Shown here one piece after another: positions 1 through 10,239 of a DNA stretch of 64,000 nucleotides (within the stretch, counting starts at the first letter, position 1; each line of letters begins with the position of its first letter). Origin of the DNA: an uncultured Gemmatimonadales bacterium (GTDB taxonomy: Bacteria > Gemmatimonadota > Gemmatimonadetes > Gemmatimonadales > GWC2-71-9); NCBI GenBank assembly GCA_963844035.1, contig CAWJMT010000014.1, positions 1-64,000 of the forward strand, in the 5' to 3' direction. A model generated the notes under the pieces. The model did not search any database and was not told the DNA's origin. It saw nothing but the letters and a program-made list of their open reading frames with translations. Position numbers and translations under genes: made by a program.

Positions 1-735
1 GTGATCGGCCAAATGGATGAAGTAAAGCATGGTATCGGTGTCCGCCGCCAACTGCGTCTTGTGGATGCCGAGCTATCTGGGCGCTTCCCGAATAGCGCCT
101 GCGAGGCCTCTGCGAAGGCTTCGGCCGGATCATTCAGCACGTCATCGCGGGAGAAACGTTTCATGGCCACTGAACGCACCACATAATCGTCGGCAGCGTG
201 AATACGTTCCATCTCAGTAGTCAACGAGCTCGGCGGGGTGGAGCAGTCGCTCACCGCCCCTTGGGGTCGGCCGCACGCCAAGCAGGAATTGTACGAACGT
301 GCTACCTGCAGTCCGCCGTCGAGCGATTTACAGCCGCGGTGACATTCGGGCAGCAGGAGCCAGTGGGAGGCCCGGCTCTTCCTCCACGAACCGCACCTCC
401 CTTACCTGTGCCAGGAAGCCGATGATGGGCAGCCCGGCTTGTGCCAACAGCGCGGTCAGATAGCGGGGATGGCGATGCATCTCGGCGCGCAACTCGGGGT
501 CGCGATCCAGCCGTTGGCCGAAGTGGACCGTGGTGCCCCAGCGATCCAGCTTCTGACCCGGCGCCAGATCGAGCAGCGTGCCGCGCTCGCGCCGCGCGAA
601 AAAGTGCATCGCATCATCCAGATCGTCGAAACAATCGAGCATGAGGGCCATGGCTCCCTTGAAGTCGCCCATGTGCGACATCATCATGACCTTCAGTTCC
701 TTTTCTCAAAGATCGCGCACTACTTTCTTGTCCAC
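1..735 (-). CDS. Hypothetical protein, partial at window edge, broken by several probable sequencing indels
   Basis: GGAGG (743-747) 7 nt before GTG at 735. Frame reads VDKKVVRDL*EKELKV into ORF 328..687. Protein-like reading continues in shifted frames (HWLLLPECHRG; LLHPAELVDY/EMERIHAADDYVVRSVAMKRFSRDDVLNDPAEAF; LGIHKTQLAADTDTMLYFIHLADH) to position 1. No family recognised. Confidence 0.5.
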
Positions 736-793
736 GCAAAAACCTCCATGAAGGACAGAACTGGGGGCATGCGCAGCGAAACCTGATCAGGAA

Positions 794-1939
794 ATGCTGT
801 CAATCGGGATTATGCCAAGGTTCTCAAACGCCAGAAGATCATCGACCCAGTCGCCTGTTTATGAGAACCGGCTCTACAGACGGGCGGCAAGGGTAAGATT
901 TTGCTCGACAACGTTACACGAATCTCGTAGACATTACGCATCATCTGAAATTGTAGCTAAGCCCTCCCCGCCCGTGCGATTTGCCGCGCGCGAGCTCGCG
1001 TACCTGAACGGGCGCTCGCAGGACGAACTCGAGCAATCCCCCACGCTGACCCTGCTCTGCGGCATCGCGCACAGCCGGCTGGGGCGGCTGGACGTGGGCC
1101 AGCAGTGGGCCATGGTCGCGCAGCTGCGCGCGCGCGTACTGGGCGATCGGACGCTGGAACTGCGGGCGCTCAACGTCTGCGGCGCGATCGCGCTGGAGCG
1201 CGGCGGCATCGATCAGGCCGCGTACTTCTTCACGCGGGCGCAGGAAGAGGCGACGCAGGACAATGACATGGCCACCGTCGGCCGGTGCGCCAACAACCTC
1301 GGCATCATCGCCAACATGCAAGGCGACTACCGCCGGGCGGTCATCGCCTACGGCCGGGCGATCGCCGCGTACAAGGAGGCCCACTACGACCGCGGCATGG
1401 CTGAATCGCGACACAATCTCGCCATCAGCTACCGCGAGCAGGGGCAGTTGGACCAGGCGATGGAGGCCGCCGACGCGGCGGTGGGCGAGGCCGTGCGGCT
1501 GGGTGATCGCCAGCTCGAGGCCCAGGCGCTGGCGGGGCGGGCGGAGATCCGCATTGTGCGACGTGAGCCCGAGCTCGCCATCCAGGAAGCGGAGCGCGCA
1601 GTCGCGATGCACCGTGAGCTGAAGGACGCTGTCCGCGAGACCGAAGACCTTCGGATCCTCGCCGGGGCGCTGCGCTGCGCGGGGCAGACGGCAGACGCCG
1701 AGGCCATGCTCCGCACAGTCATCGAGCGCGCGACGCAACACGAACGGCCGCTGCTCGTCGCCATCGCCCAGCGGGATCTCGCGCATCTCCTGGCCGGCGA
1801 GGGCGACGTCGCTGCCGCGAAGCAGATGGCCGAGATGGCTCGCGCGACGTTCCAGACGCTGGGGGCGGGGGTGGAGATAGACAAGCTGGACGTGCTGCTC
1901 GAGGGTCCGGACTTCCGCACGGAGAAAGCGACCGCGTGA
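794..1939 (+). CDS. Tetratricopeptide repeat protein (true start probably downstream, ~900-975)
   Basis: Serial TPR-like helices (ALNVCGAIALERG, ANNLGIIANMQGDY, RHNLAISYREQGQL); no HTH or catalytic motif recognised. Confidence 0.8.
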   Translation: MLSIGIMPRFSNARRSSTQSPVYENRLYRRAARVRFCSTTLHESRRHYASSEIVAKPSPPVRFAARELAYLNGRSQDELEQSPTLTLLCGIAHSRLGRLDVGQQWAMVAQLRARVLGDRTLELRALNVCGAIALERGGIDQAAYFFTRAQEEATQDNDMATVGRCANNLGIIANMQGDYRRAVIAYGRAIAAYKEAHYDRGMAESRHNLAISYREQGQLDQAMEAADAAVGEAVRLGDRQLEAQALAGRAEIRIVRREPELAIQEAERAVAMHRELKDAVRETEDLRILAGALRCAGQTADAEAMLRTVIERATQHERPLLVAIAQRDLAHLLAGEGDVAAAKQMAEMARATFQTLGAGVEIDKLDVLLEGPDFRTEKATA

Positions 1940-2019
1940 AAGCCGTTCAGTCTGTGCTGCTCGCGCTGCGTGAGTTGTTCTCGAACGTTACATTCGAGAA
2001 CTACGCATTGGCCTGGTGA
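1936..2019 (+). CDS. Putative 27-aa peptide MKAVQSVLLALRELFSNVTFENYALAW
   Basis: GTG overlaps the TPR gene stop (GTGA), GGAG at 1921-1924, TGA at 2017-2019; too short for the ORF track. Confidence 0.55.
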   Translation: MKAVQSVLLALRELFSNVTFENYALAW

Positions 2020-2092
2020 GGCGGGTGAGGCTGCTGGCGGTATCGAGCATGGCGAGGCGGTACTCCACCAAGCCTGACGACCTCCAAACTCC
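2014..2092. repeat. Degenerate GGAGG/CCTCC tandem-repeat palindrome between convergent genes
   Basis: Minus strand GGAGGTCGTCAGGCTTGGTGGAG...CAGCCTCACCCGCCTCACCA resembles the element at 62719-62789. Confidence 0.4.
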
Positions 2093-3485
2093 TTCTTTAG
2101 TTCCTCAATCTGATCCTCCACCGACTTCCGCGACGACCCGCCGCGCGTCGCCCGCGCCTCGACCGAGTCCTCCCAGGTGCCAAGCTTCGTCAGGGCAGTA
2201 GCAAGCGCCGGGTGAATCTTCGCCGCCGCGGCCGCCGGCACCTTGTCGAGCGCCACCCCGGTCCGCTCGGCTTCCCGTACCAGCTGGCCCACGAGCGAAT
2301 GGCTCTCGCGGAACGGCACGCCGCCCTCGACCAATAGATCCGCCAGATCGGTGGCGCGGAGCGAGGCGTCGAGCGCGTCCTTCATGCGGTCCGGATTGAT
2401 GGTCAGCGTCGCGATCGGCGCCGCTCACCGCCGGCAACACCAGGGCGAGCGTGTCGAACGCATCGAACAAGAGCGCCTTGTCTTCCTGCAGGTCCTTGCT
2501 GTACCCGGCCGGAAGTCCCTTCAGCGTGGCAAGCATCGCGACCAGGTCTCCCAGCAGCCGGGCGGACTTGGCGCGCACCAGCTCGAACACATCCGGGTTG
2601 CGCTTCTGCGGCAACAGGCTCGAGCCGGTGCTGAACTCGTCGGCGAGGCGCACGAAGCCGAACTCGGCGCTGGTGTAGAGCACCAGCTCCGCGCCGAGCC
2701 GCGAGAGATGGGTGCCGACCAGCGTGAGCGCGAACAGGGTCTCGGCGACGAAATCACGATCGCCGGTGACGTCGAGCGCGTTGGCGCTGATCGAGCGGAA
2801 CCCCAGGGCTTCCTTCAAGAGGACGCGGTCCACCGGGAACCCCGATCCGGCGACCGCTCCCGACCCAAGCGGGCAGCTCGGCCACGCGGCGGCGCGCATC
2901 GGCGAGCCGCTGCCGGTCGCGCACCAGCGGCCAGGCATGCGCCAGCAGCACGTAGGCCCACCGCACCGGCTGCGCCCGCTGCCCGTGCGTGTAGCCGGGC
3001 AGCAGCGCGTCCATGCCCTCCGCGGCGCGCGCCACCAGGGTGCGGCCGAGCGCTGCCATCTCGGCGTCGAGGTGATCGATCGCGTCGAGGGTCCACAGCC
3101 TGAGATCGGTGGCGACCTGATCGTTGCGCGAGCGTCCCGTGTGCAGCTTGCCCGCCACGGCGCCGACTTCCTGGTACAGCAGCCGCTCCACCAGCGTGTG
3201 CACGTCCTCGTCCGGTGCGCCGACCGCGGCCCCGTCGGCCAGCCGCTCACCCACGCGATCGAGTCCTTCGAGCAGCTGGGATTCCTCCGCCGGTGTGATG
3301 ACGCCGACGCGGCCGAGCGCGTGGACCCACGCCTTGCTCGCCGCGACGTCCTGCGGCCACAAGCGGTGGTCCACGGGGAGGCTGCGATTCAAGGCGTCGA
3401 GCGCTTCGCTCGGCCCGATGGCAAACCGCCCGCCCCACATCTGGTGCGGTGCTGATTCAGTCGGATTTGGCGGCGGTTGTTTCAA
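2085..3485 (-). CDS. argH: Argininosuccinate lyase (frameshifted near ~2870 and ~2425; 3' end approximate)
   Basis: MWGGRF, HTGRSRNDQVATD, GYTHGQRAQP, STGSSLLPQKRNPD, YSKDLQEDK, GVPFRESH spread over ORFs 2754..3485, 2105..3250 and 1429..2385. Confidence 0.93.
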
Positions 3486-3486
3486 T

Positions 3487-4716
3487 CTAGTCCCCGACCG
3501 CCTCGACCTGCCGTTGGCGTTCTGCGTCGAGCCCGGCGCCGATCTTGATGGCCAGGCCGTACAGGTGGATGAAGCCCTCAGCGTCCTTCTGGTTGTAGAC
3601 GTTGTCCTTCCCGAAGGTCGCGTACGAGGGTTGATACAAGGCGTACGGGCTGTCGCGCCCGGCGACGGTGATCCCGCCCTTGTACACCTTGAGGCGCACG
3701 GTCCCCGTCACGTGTTTTTGCGTGGAGGTCACGAACGCATCGAGTGCTTCCCGCTCGGGGGTCCACCAGCGGCCGTCGTAGACGAGGTCGGCGTATTGCA
3801 GCGCGATTTCGTCCTTCAGGCGCAGCGTGCGGCGGTCGAGCACCATCTGCTCGAGCTCACGATGGGCGGCATACAGCAGCGTACCACCCGGTGTTTCGTA
3901 CACGCCACGCGACTTCATGCCGACCAGGCGGTCTTCCACGACGTCGGCCCGGCCCACGCCGTGCTCACCCGCCAGGGCGTTGAGGGTTTCGAGCAGCGCA
4001 ACGGGCCCGAGCGGCACGTGATCGACCGAAACCGGTGTGCCCTCCTCGAATCCGATGGCAACGGTGACGGGCGTGTCGGGAGCCGAGAGCGGGTTCGAGG
4101 TCATCACGAAGATTTCCTCGGGCGCTTCCTTCGAGGGATCTTCCAGAATGCCGCCCTCGTGCGAGCAGTGCCACAGGTTGCGGTCGGTGGAATACAACTT
4201 CTCCGCCGTCGCCTGAACCGGGACGCCTTTCGCCTTCACATAGTTGATGAGATCCTCGCGGCTTCTGAACTCCCACTCGCGCCACGGCGCGATGACTTGC
4301 AAATCGGGAGCGAGCGCCGCGTAGGTCAGCTCGAAGCGGATCTGGTCGTTGCCTTTGCCGGTGCAGCCGTGGGCCAGCGCCTGCGCGCCGACGCGCTGCG
4401 CGACCGCGACCTGTCGGGCCGCGGTGAGCGGGCGCGCCATGGAGGTGCCGAGCAGATAGGTGCGGGCATAAACGGCGCCGGCGCGCAGCGTCGGGAATAC
4501 GAAGTCACGCACGAACTCCTCGCGCAGGTCTTCGATGACACAGTCGGTCGCTCCGGACCGCTTGGCCTTCTCGACCAGCCCGTGCAGCTCGCCGCCACCC
4601 TGCCCCACGTCCGCAGCGAAACACAGTACCCGGGCGTTGTAGCGCTCCTTGAGCCAGGGCACGATCGCCGACGTGTCGAGTCCACCAGAATATGCAAGGA
4701 CAACTAAGGGCCCCAT
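3487..4716 (-). CDS. argG: Argininosuccinate synthase
   Basis: [45 protein letters not shown]. Confidence 0.98.
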   Translation of the reverse strand: MGPLVVLAYSGGLDTSAIVPWLKERYNARVLCFAADVGQGGGELHGLVEKAKRSGATDCVIEDLREEFVRDFVFPTLRAGAVYARTYLLGTSMARPLTAARQVAVAQRVGAQALAHGCTGKGNDQIRFELTYAALAPDLQVIAPWREWEFRSREDLINYVKAKGVPVQATAEKLYSTDRNLWHCSHEGGILEDPSKEAPEEIFVMTSNPLSAPDTPVTVAIGFEEGTPVSVDHVPLGPVALLETLNALAGEHGVGRADVVEDRLVGMKSRGVYETPGGTLLYAAHRELEQMVLDRRTLRLKDEIALQYADLVYDGRWWTPEREALDAFVTSTQKHVTGTVRLKVYKGGITVAGRDSPYALYQPSYATFGKDNVYNQKDAEGFIHLYGLAIKIGAGLDAERQRQVEAVGD

Positions 4717-4724
4717 GGCACACT

Positions 4725-4762
4725 CCTGTAGGTTTATGCAAACGTGTGCATAAACATACAGA
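4725..4762 (-). promoter_or_regulatory. Tandem ARG boxes (ArgR operator) upstream of argG
   Basis: TCTGTATGTTTATGCACA-CG-TTTGCATAAACCTACAGG: two 18-bp boxes resembling TGCAT-N4-ATGCA in an AT-rich island, overlapping the argG RBS; argR adjacent. Confidence 0.8.
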
Positions 4763-4788
4763 GCGTGGGATGGGTGTCAACGGTGGAT

Positions 4789-4902
4789 GGCGGTCAGGCG
4801 GTCAGTAATTCGCGGTCAGGCGGTCGGCGGAGTGCGCCGCTTCAGGGCGCAGATACGCCGACCGCGGCTCTAGCCCGGTCACGGACCGCCACCGACCGCC
4901 TA
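4789..4902. repeat. GGCGGTCA octamer tandem repeats with inverted GACCGCC arm enclosing a REP-like hairpin
   Basis: ggcggtca at 4789 and 4797, cgcggtca 4811, ggcggtcg 4819; gaccgcc-a-ccgaccgcc at 4884-4900. Confidence 0.65.
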
Positions 4903-5358
4903 CGGTGTGAGCCCAGCCAACTCCCGAATGCGTGCGTACACCGTCCGCCTCGCCCGCTCGCTGCGCGTGATCACAAGCACTGCGTCGTCACCGGCGATCG
5001 TGCCGATGACCTCCGCCCATCCCGCGCCGTCCAGCGCGAGGCCGAGCGCCTGGGCAGCGCCCGCGGGGGTTTTCACGACGAGGAGCGGGCCGACGCCGTC
5101 AACCGAGACGAGCATGGTGGGGAGCAGCTGCTCGAGATTGGGGCGCACCGTCTGCCCGCTCTCGGGGGGAGCGGCGTAGTGCGATCCGCCGTCCGGCGCC
5201 GCGACCTTCGCCAGCCCGAGCTCGCGGATATCGCGCGAGAGCGTGGCCTGCGTGACGTCGAACCCTTCCGCCCGGAGCAGCTCGCGGAGCTGCTCCTGGC
5301 TCGCCACTCGGGTATGGCGGATGATCTTCAGGAGCGCGGTGTGCCGCTGGGTTTTCAT
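4900..5358 (-). CDS. argR: Arginine repressor
   Basis: SQEQL, VTQATLSRDIRELG, VIGTIAGDD. Confidence 0.97.
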   Translation of the reverse strand: MKTQRHTALLKIIRHTRVASQEQLRELLRAEGFDVTQATLSRDIRELGLAKVAAPDGGSHYAAPPESGQTVRPNLEQLLPTMLVSVDGVGPLLVVKTPAGAAQALGLALDGAGWAEVIGTIAGDDAVLVITRSERARRTVYARIRELAGLTP

Positions 5359-5369
5359 GGGAGACCAAT

Positions 5370-6561
5370 CTAGCTGCGGACTACATGGCCGGCGACCGTG
5401 ACAAAAAGGGCGGGCAGGCGGGCGGGCGGGAGGGCGGGTGTGCCCGTCGCGAACACAGCCAGGTCTGCCTGTTTCCCGATTTCCAACGAACCGATCTGCG
5501 ATTCGAGCCCCAGCGCCCGCGCCCCTTCGAGGGTCAGCATCCGCAGCGCGTCTTCACCGTTCAGTCCTGCTGCAATCGCATCCTCCCACAGGTTCACATC
5601 CCCGGTGCTCACCACCGAATCGGTGCCGAGTCCGACGCGCACACCGGCGGAACGGAAGTCGGCGAGGGGCGCGACTCCATGGGCGTGGGCGCGGTTGGAA
5701 CGCGGGCAATGAGCCACGGAGGCGCCCTCGCTAGCCAGAAGAGCAATATCCTCTCGGTTCACTTGGACACAATGGATGCATAGACAGTCATAAGACGCTA
5801 AGACGCTAAGTCGTACGAGGTATTCGACAGGAGAGCAGTCCGTGCGGCTCGACGGCGATCCCGCGCGCGCGCAGCGCGTCGGCGAACGGACCCATACCCT
5901 CCCCGACGAACTCCGTCTCCTCGCGCGACTCGGCGATGTGCACGGCGATTGGCAACTTCTCGCGGCGCGCGAAATCGGCGACGGCTCGATACAGCGGCTC
6001 GCTCACGGTATATGGCGCGTGTGGCGAAACGCCGAGGCGGACCTGCTTGGATGACAGCGCGCCGAGCCGGTCAACCGCCGCCGTGAGCCCGGCCATGCTC
6101 GTGTCGCATTGCAGTGGGTCGGGACCGAAGACCTCCTGATAGACGATGCCGCGCCCGCCGAGCGCGTGCAGTGCTTCCATCGCGGCCCCGGTGCTCCCGG
6201 TATCCGCGACGCAGGTCACGCCCGCCGCCCAGCAGTCGCGCACACCCTGCTCGGCACCGCGACGAAAATCCTCGGGCGCCGTCCGGTCCTTGAGCGCCCG
6301 CAGCTGGCGGATCCATTCCGGGAAGTCGGCGCTCTCCACCTGGCCGGCGAAGTGGGTGAGCTCGAGATGCGTGTGGCAGTTGACGAGCCCGGGCACGAGC
6401 GCACCATCCAGGAACTCGAGGGACTCCGCATTCGATGGCCTGGGCACGGCGTGGTCGGGGCCGACCGCGGCAATGATGCCATGGTCGTCAACGAGAACGG
6501 CGCCGTCGGGAATCGGCGGCGCCGTCACAGGATGGACCGAGCCGGCCCGGAGCCGCAGCAC
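5370..6561 (-). CDS. Amidohydrolase family protein (MTA/SAH deaminase-like), frameshift near ~5838
   Basis: PGLVNCHTHLEL, SPHAPYTVS, HIAES, then in shifted frame SPVEYL..IHCVQV..HCPRSN, GLGTDS, GSLEIGKQADL. Confidence 0.88.
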
Positions 6562-6581
6562 GCCTTAGGGGTGCCGAAGTG

Positions 6582-6684
6582 CGCGAGTAAACTCGCGGCT
6601 CGGCCGCTGCCCGTAAACGGGCGTAGCGCCGCCGCTTGAGCGGCAGACGCCGAGCCGCGGCTTCAGCCGCGGACCACTCGCGGC
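6582..6684. repeat. REP-like cluster of four GC-rich hairpins / possible structured RNA
   Basis: CGCGAGT-AA-ACTCGCG, GCCCGT-AA-ACGGGC, GTAG then GCCGCT-TG-AGCGGC, CCGCGGCT-TC-AGCCGCGG; long-range stem 6594-6604 with 6649-6659. Confidence 0.6.
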
Positions 6685-6720
6685 GTCCCGGAACGTGAAC
6701 AATGTCCTTGTCATCGACAT

Positions 6721-8880
6721 CTACGGGCTGACGCCCAGCCCGAAGGGCGCGTGCACCGGACACAGCTTGGTGGGCTCAGTCCCGGGATAGAACCAATCCC
6801 AGTGGCGCACATCGCCCGGGCAATACGGCGTGGCGAGGAAGCCGTTCGACCAGTCCACTTCGCGGGTCACCAGCGAATCGGGCCGCACCCAATCGGCCGG
6901 TGCCGGGCGCCGGTCGTACACATCGCGCATGAACGACGTCCAGGCCGGCGCGGCGATGCGCCCACCCCCGGCGTTATGGTCGAGGATGCGTTGCTGGAGA
7001 TCGTAGCCGATCCATACCCCCGCGACGATCTCGGGGGTGTATCCGATGAACCAGGCGTCGGTATAGTCGTCGGTCGTCCCCGTCTTGCCGGCCGCGGGGA
7101 TGGTGAACCCGGCCTTCCACACGGAGCTGTACGCCGTGCCGCGCCGGATCACATCCTTCATCACGTCAACCATGATCCAGGCGTGCGCCGGGTCCATCAC
7201 ATCCTCGCGGCGCACCGTCGGCTGCCACAGAATGTTGCCGCGGTTGTCCTCGACGCGGAGGATGCCCAGCGGGACCGCGCGCGTTCCCAACCCGGCGAAC
7301 CCCGTGTAGGCCGCGATGATCTCGAGCGGAATGACGCCGTTCGCGCCGATGTGCAAGGACGGATAGGGCCGCAGCGGTGTGGTGATCCCGAAGCGCCGCG
7401 CCTCGCCGATCACCGTTTGCTCCCCGAGCTGCATCCCCAGTTTGATCGTCGCGAGGTTGCGGGACAGGTAGAGCGCCTCGCGCATCGGAATCATACCGAG
7501 CGTGGTGTCGTCGTCGTCCTTCGGCTGCCACAGGGTGCTGTCGAGCTGGATCACCGGCGGATTGAGGGGTGAATCGTCCACGATCTCAGTGACCGGATGC
7601 CCGGCGCGCACCGCGGCCGCGTAGACGAACGGCTTGAACGTGGACCCTGGTTGGCGAACCGCCTGCGTCGCCCGGTTGAACTTGGAATCGTCGTAGTCGC
7701 GCCCCCCGACCATGACGCGGATGTACCCGGTCCCGGCATCCATCGCGACGATGGCGCCCTGGAGGTAGGGCGTGTAGGAGCCGTGATCCTCCCCCGACGC
7801 CCTGGCCGCCTCGAGATACTCGTGGTAGCTGACGCGACCGGGCACCTTGCCGCTCGAGTACACACCCGCCTCGATCGCGTCGAGCTGCGTCTGCAACGCG
7901 CGCTCCGCGGCCTCCTGCATGTCGAGGTCGAGCGTCGTGTAGACCCGCAATCCTCCCTCGTACAAATCGCGCCCGAAGCGCGCGTCGAGCTGTTGGCGCA
8001 GCCACTCGACGAAGTACGGGGCCACGTCACCGTAATTGGTGCGGTTGGCGGTCAGGACCAGCGGGTAGGCTTTCCAGAGCTCCGCCTGCTCCGGGGTCAC
8101 GAACCCCTGGTCCCGCATCACGCTCAGGACCGCGTTGCGGCGCCGCACGGCGCGGTCGGGGTGGGTGCGGGGGTTGTAGAACGCCGGCGCCTTGGGGAGC
8201 GCGGCGAGGGTCGCCGCCTCCGCCATGTTGAGCTGGCGCGCTGACTTCCCGAAATAGATCTGCGCCGCCGCCTCGACGCCGTGCGCCCCCGAGCCGAGGT
8301 CGATCTGGTTCAGGTACAGCTGAAGAATCGTGTCCTTGGAGAAGTTGTGCTCGATCTCCATCGCGACGCGTGCTTCCTTCAGTTTGCGCGTGAGCTTTTT
8401 CTCGCGGGAGATCTCTTCCGGAAAGATGTTTCGAGCGAGCTGCATGGTGATGGTCGAGAAGCCCTGCGCCCAGCTGAGTGACAACAGATCGGCCTTGATT
8501 GCGCCGAAGATCCGCAGGTAGTCGATCCCGTGATGCGAGTAGAACCGCTTGTCCTCGGTCGCGATAAACGATTGCCGGAGGAACGGCGGGATCTCGGCGA
8601 GGCGCAGCACGGTGCGGCGCTCGAGGCCGACCTCCGTCATGAGCCGGCCGTCGGCCGCGAAGACTTTGGAGGTCTGCTGGGGTCCCGGGCCGCTGAGCAG
8701 CCGCGAGATGCTGGGGCAGCGCTCAGCGGCGCAGACCCGCGTCCAGGAGCCGTAGCCCAGCCCGACGCCGTACGCGAGCGCCAGCAGGGCGGCGCCGAAC
8801 AGGCGTGCTTGGACCTTGGGTTGCTTCCACCAGGCCGGGGAAAACAAGCGCGGCGCCAGTGGCGCCGGAATGGAGGTCAT
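6721..8880 (-). CDS. Penicillin-binding protein 1A family (transglycosylase/transpeptidase)
   Basis: N-terminal TM, EDKRFYSHHG, GFSTITMQLARN, RKLKE, RQPGSTFKP, SRN, GKTGTT. Confidence 0.95.
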   Translation of the reverse strand: MTSIPAPLAPRLFSPAWWKQPKVQARLFGAALLALAYGVGLGYGSWTRVCAAERCPSISRLLSGPGPQQTSKVFAADGRLMTEVGLERRTVLRLAEIPPFLRQSFIATEDKRFYSHHGIDYLRIFGAIKADLLSLSWAQGFSTITMQLARNIFPEEISREKKLTRKLKEARVAMEIEHNFSKDTILQLYLNQIDLGSGAHGVEAAAQIYFGKSARQLNMAEAATLAALPKAPAFYNPRTHPDRAVRRRNAVLSVMRDQGFVTPEQAELWKAYPLVLTANRTNYGDVAPYFVEWLRQQLDARFGRDLYEGGLRVYTTLDLDMQEAAERALQTQLDAIEAGVYSSGKVPGRVSYHEYLEAARASGEDHGSYTPYLQGAIVAMDAGTGYIRVMVGGRDYDDSKFNRATQAVRQPGSTFKPFVYAAAVRAGHPVTEIVDDSPLNPPVIQLDSTLWQPKDDDDTTLGMIPMREALYLSRNLATIKLGMQLGEQTVIGEARRFGITTPLRPYPSLHIGANGVIPLEIIAAYTGFAGLGTRAVPLGILRVEDNRGNILWQPTVRREDVMDPAHAWIMVDVMKDVIRRGTAYSSVWKAGFTIPAAGKTGTTDDYTDAWFIGYTPEIVAGVWIGYDLQQRILDHNAGGGRIAAPAWTSFMRDVYDRRPAPADWVRPDSLVTREVDWSNGFLATPYCPGDVRHWDWFYPGTEPTKLCPVHAPFGLGVSP

Positions 8881-8948
8881 CGGACTACAACCTAGTCCGG
8901 GAGCCGAGCGCTTGCCAGCGGTTCCACCGGCTCTTACGATTCCGCGCC

Positions 8949-10218
8949 ATGCCGGACGTGTTTGCCGAACTCGAGTGGCGCGGCTTTGTGCACCAAGCCA
9001 CGCCCGATGTCCAGGCCCACCTCGCGGGCGGCCCCCGTACCATCTACTGCGGCTTCGACCCCACCGCGCCCAGCCTGCAGCTCGGAAACCTGATGCCGAT
9101 CATGCTGCTGCGGCACCTGCAGCTGGGCGGCCACCGGCCGGTCGTGCTGATGGGGGGCGGCACGGGAATGATCGGCGACCCGAGTGGCAAGAAGAATGAG
9201 CGCCCCCTCCTCTCCAGGGAGCAGATCCGCGAGAATCTGCGACACCAGCGCGATCAGATGAGCCGGCTGCTCGATTTCGATTCCAAAGCGACGCGGCCCC
9301 TCGTCCTGGACAACGCCGACTGGCTGGAGCAGCAATCGCTCGTCGCCTTCCTGCGAGACATCGGGAAGCACTTCACCGTCAACCTGATGCTGCAGAAGGA
9401 GTCGGTGCAGGCGCGCCTCGACGCCGGAATTTCCTACACCGAATTCAGCTACATGCTTCTGCAGGCCTACGACTTCCTGCACCTGTTCCGCAAAGAGCGG
9501 TGCACCGTCCAGGTGGGCGGCAGCGATCAATGGGGGAATATCACCGCGGGGGTCGACCTGATTCGCCGCGTCGAGAGCGGCGAGGCCCACGGTCTCGTGG
9601 CACCGCTCGTGACCACGGCGTCGGGTGCCAAGTTCGGGAAGACCGAGGCGGGGGCGATCTGGCTCGATCCCGCGCTGACGTCGCCGTACAAGCTGTACCA
9701 GTTCTGGGTGAACACCGACGACCGGGACGCCGAGCGGTACCTGAAGCTGTTCACGCTCCTGCCGAAGGGCGAGATCAGCGCGCTCATCGAGTCGCACGCC
9801 AAGAGCCCGGGCGCGCGCGCGCCGCAGAAGAAGCTCGCCGGGTTCGTGACGGACCTGGTGCACGGCCGGGCGGCGTGCGAGGCCGCCGTGGCGGCAAGCG
9901 CCATCCTGTTCGATGAGTTCAGCCCGAAGGACGTCGCGCCCAGCACCTTCGACGTCCTGGCCCAAGAAATCCCCACGGTGGCGGTGGACGGCACGTCAGA
10001 CCTGACACTCGTGGACGCCGTCGTGCGCGCGGGGCTCGCGACATCAAAGGGCGAGGCCAAGCGTTCGATCGAAGGGGGCGGGATCTACGTGAATCAGGAA
10101 CGGGAGAAGGATGTCGCACGGAAGGTCGGCGCGGCGGATTGGATCGCGGGGACGGAATCTGCTGCTACGGAAGGGGAAGAAGGATTACGCTCTGCTTCGC
10201 GTCGCCGCCCGGGGCTGA
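8949..10218 (+). CDS. tyrS: Tyrosine--tRNA ligase (frameshift near ~10150)
   Basis: YCGFDPTAPSLQLGN, QVGGSDQWGN, KFGKT; shifted frame gives S4 tail LLLRKGKKDY..RG* (TGA 10216-10218). Confidence 0.95.
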
Positions 10219-10228
10219 CGCCCCGGGC
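10207..10228. repeat. Perfect 9-bp GC hairpin (REP-like or terminator) at the tyrS stop
   Basis: GCCCGGGGC-TGAC-GCCCCGGGC; no U-tract. Confidence 0.45.
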
Positions 10229-10239
10229 TAAGGGGTCCC

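Noticed and set aside
706..708. In-frame TGA at codon 10 of the gene starting at 735, a possible selenocysteine or readthrough codon
   Set aside because: CTTTGAGAAAAGG is explained by compensating homopolymer errors (CTT GAG AAA AAG), the region is dense in indels, there is no redox-motif context, and the downstream hairpin is a weak SECIS candidate
1429..2084. argH frame running ~650 nt antisense into the TPR gene
   Set aside because: Homology ends near KKEF (~2085); the missing stop is most simply a sequence error in the adjacent repeat element
6564..6720. 51-codon minus-strand ORF (MSMTRTLFTFRD...) between PBP1A and the amidohydrolase
   Set aside because: It merely translates the hairpin array and has no protein-like features
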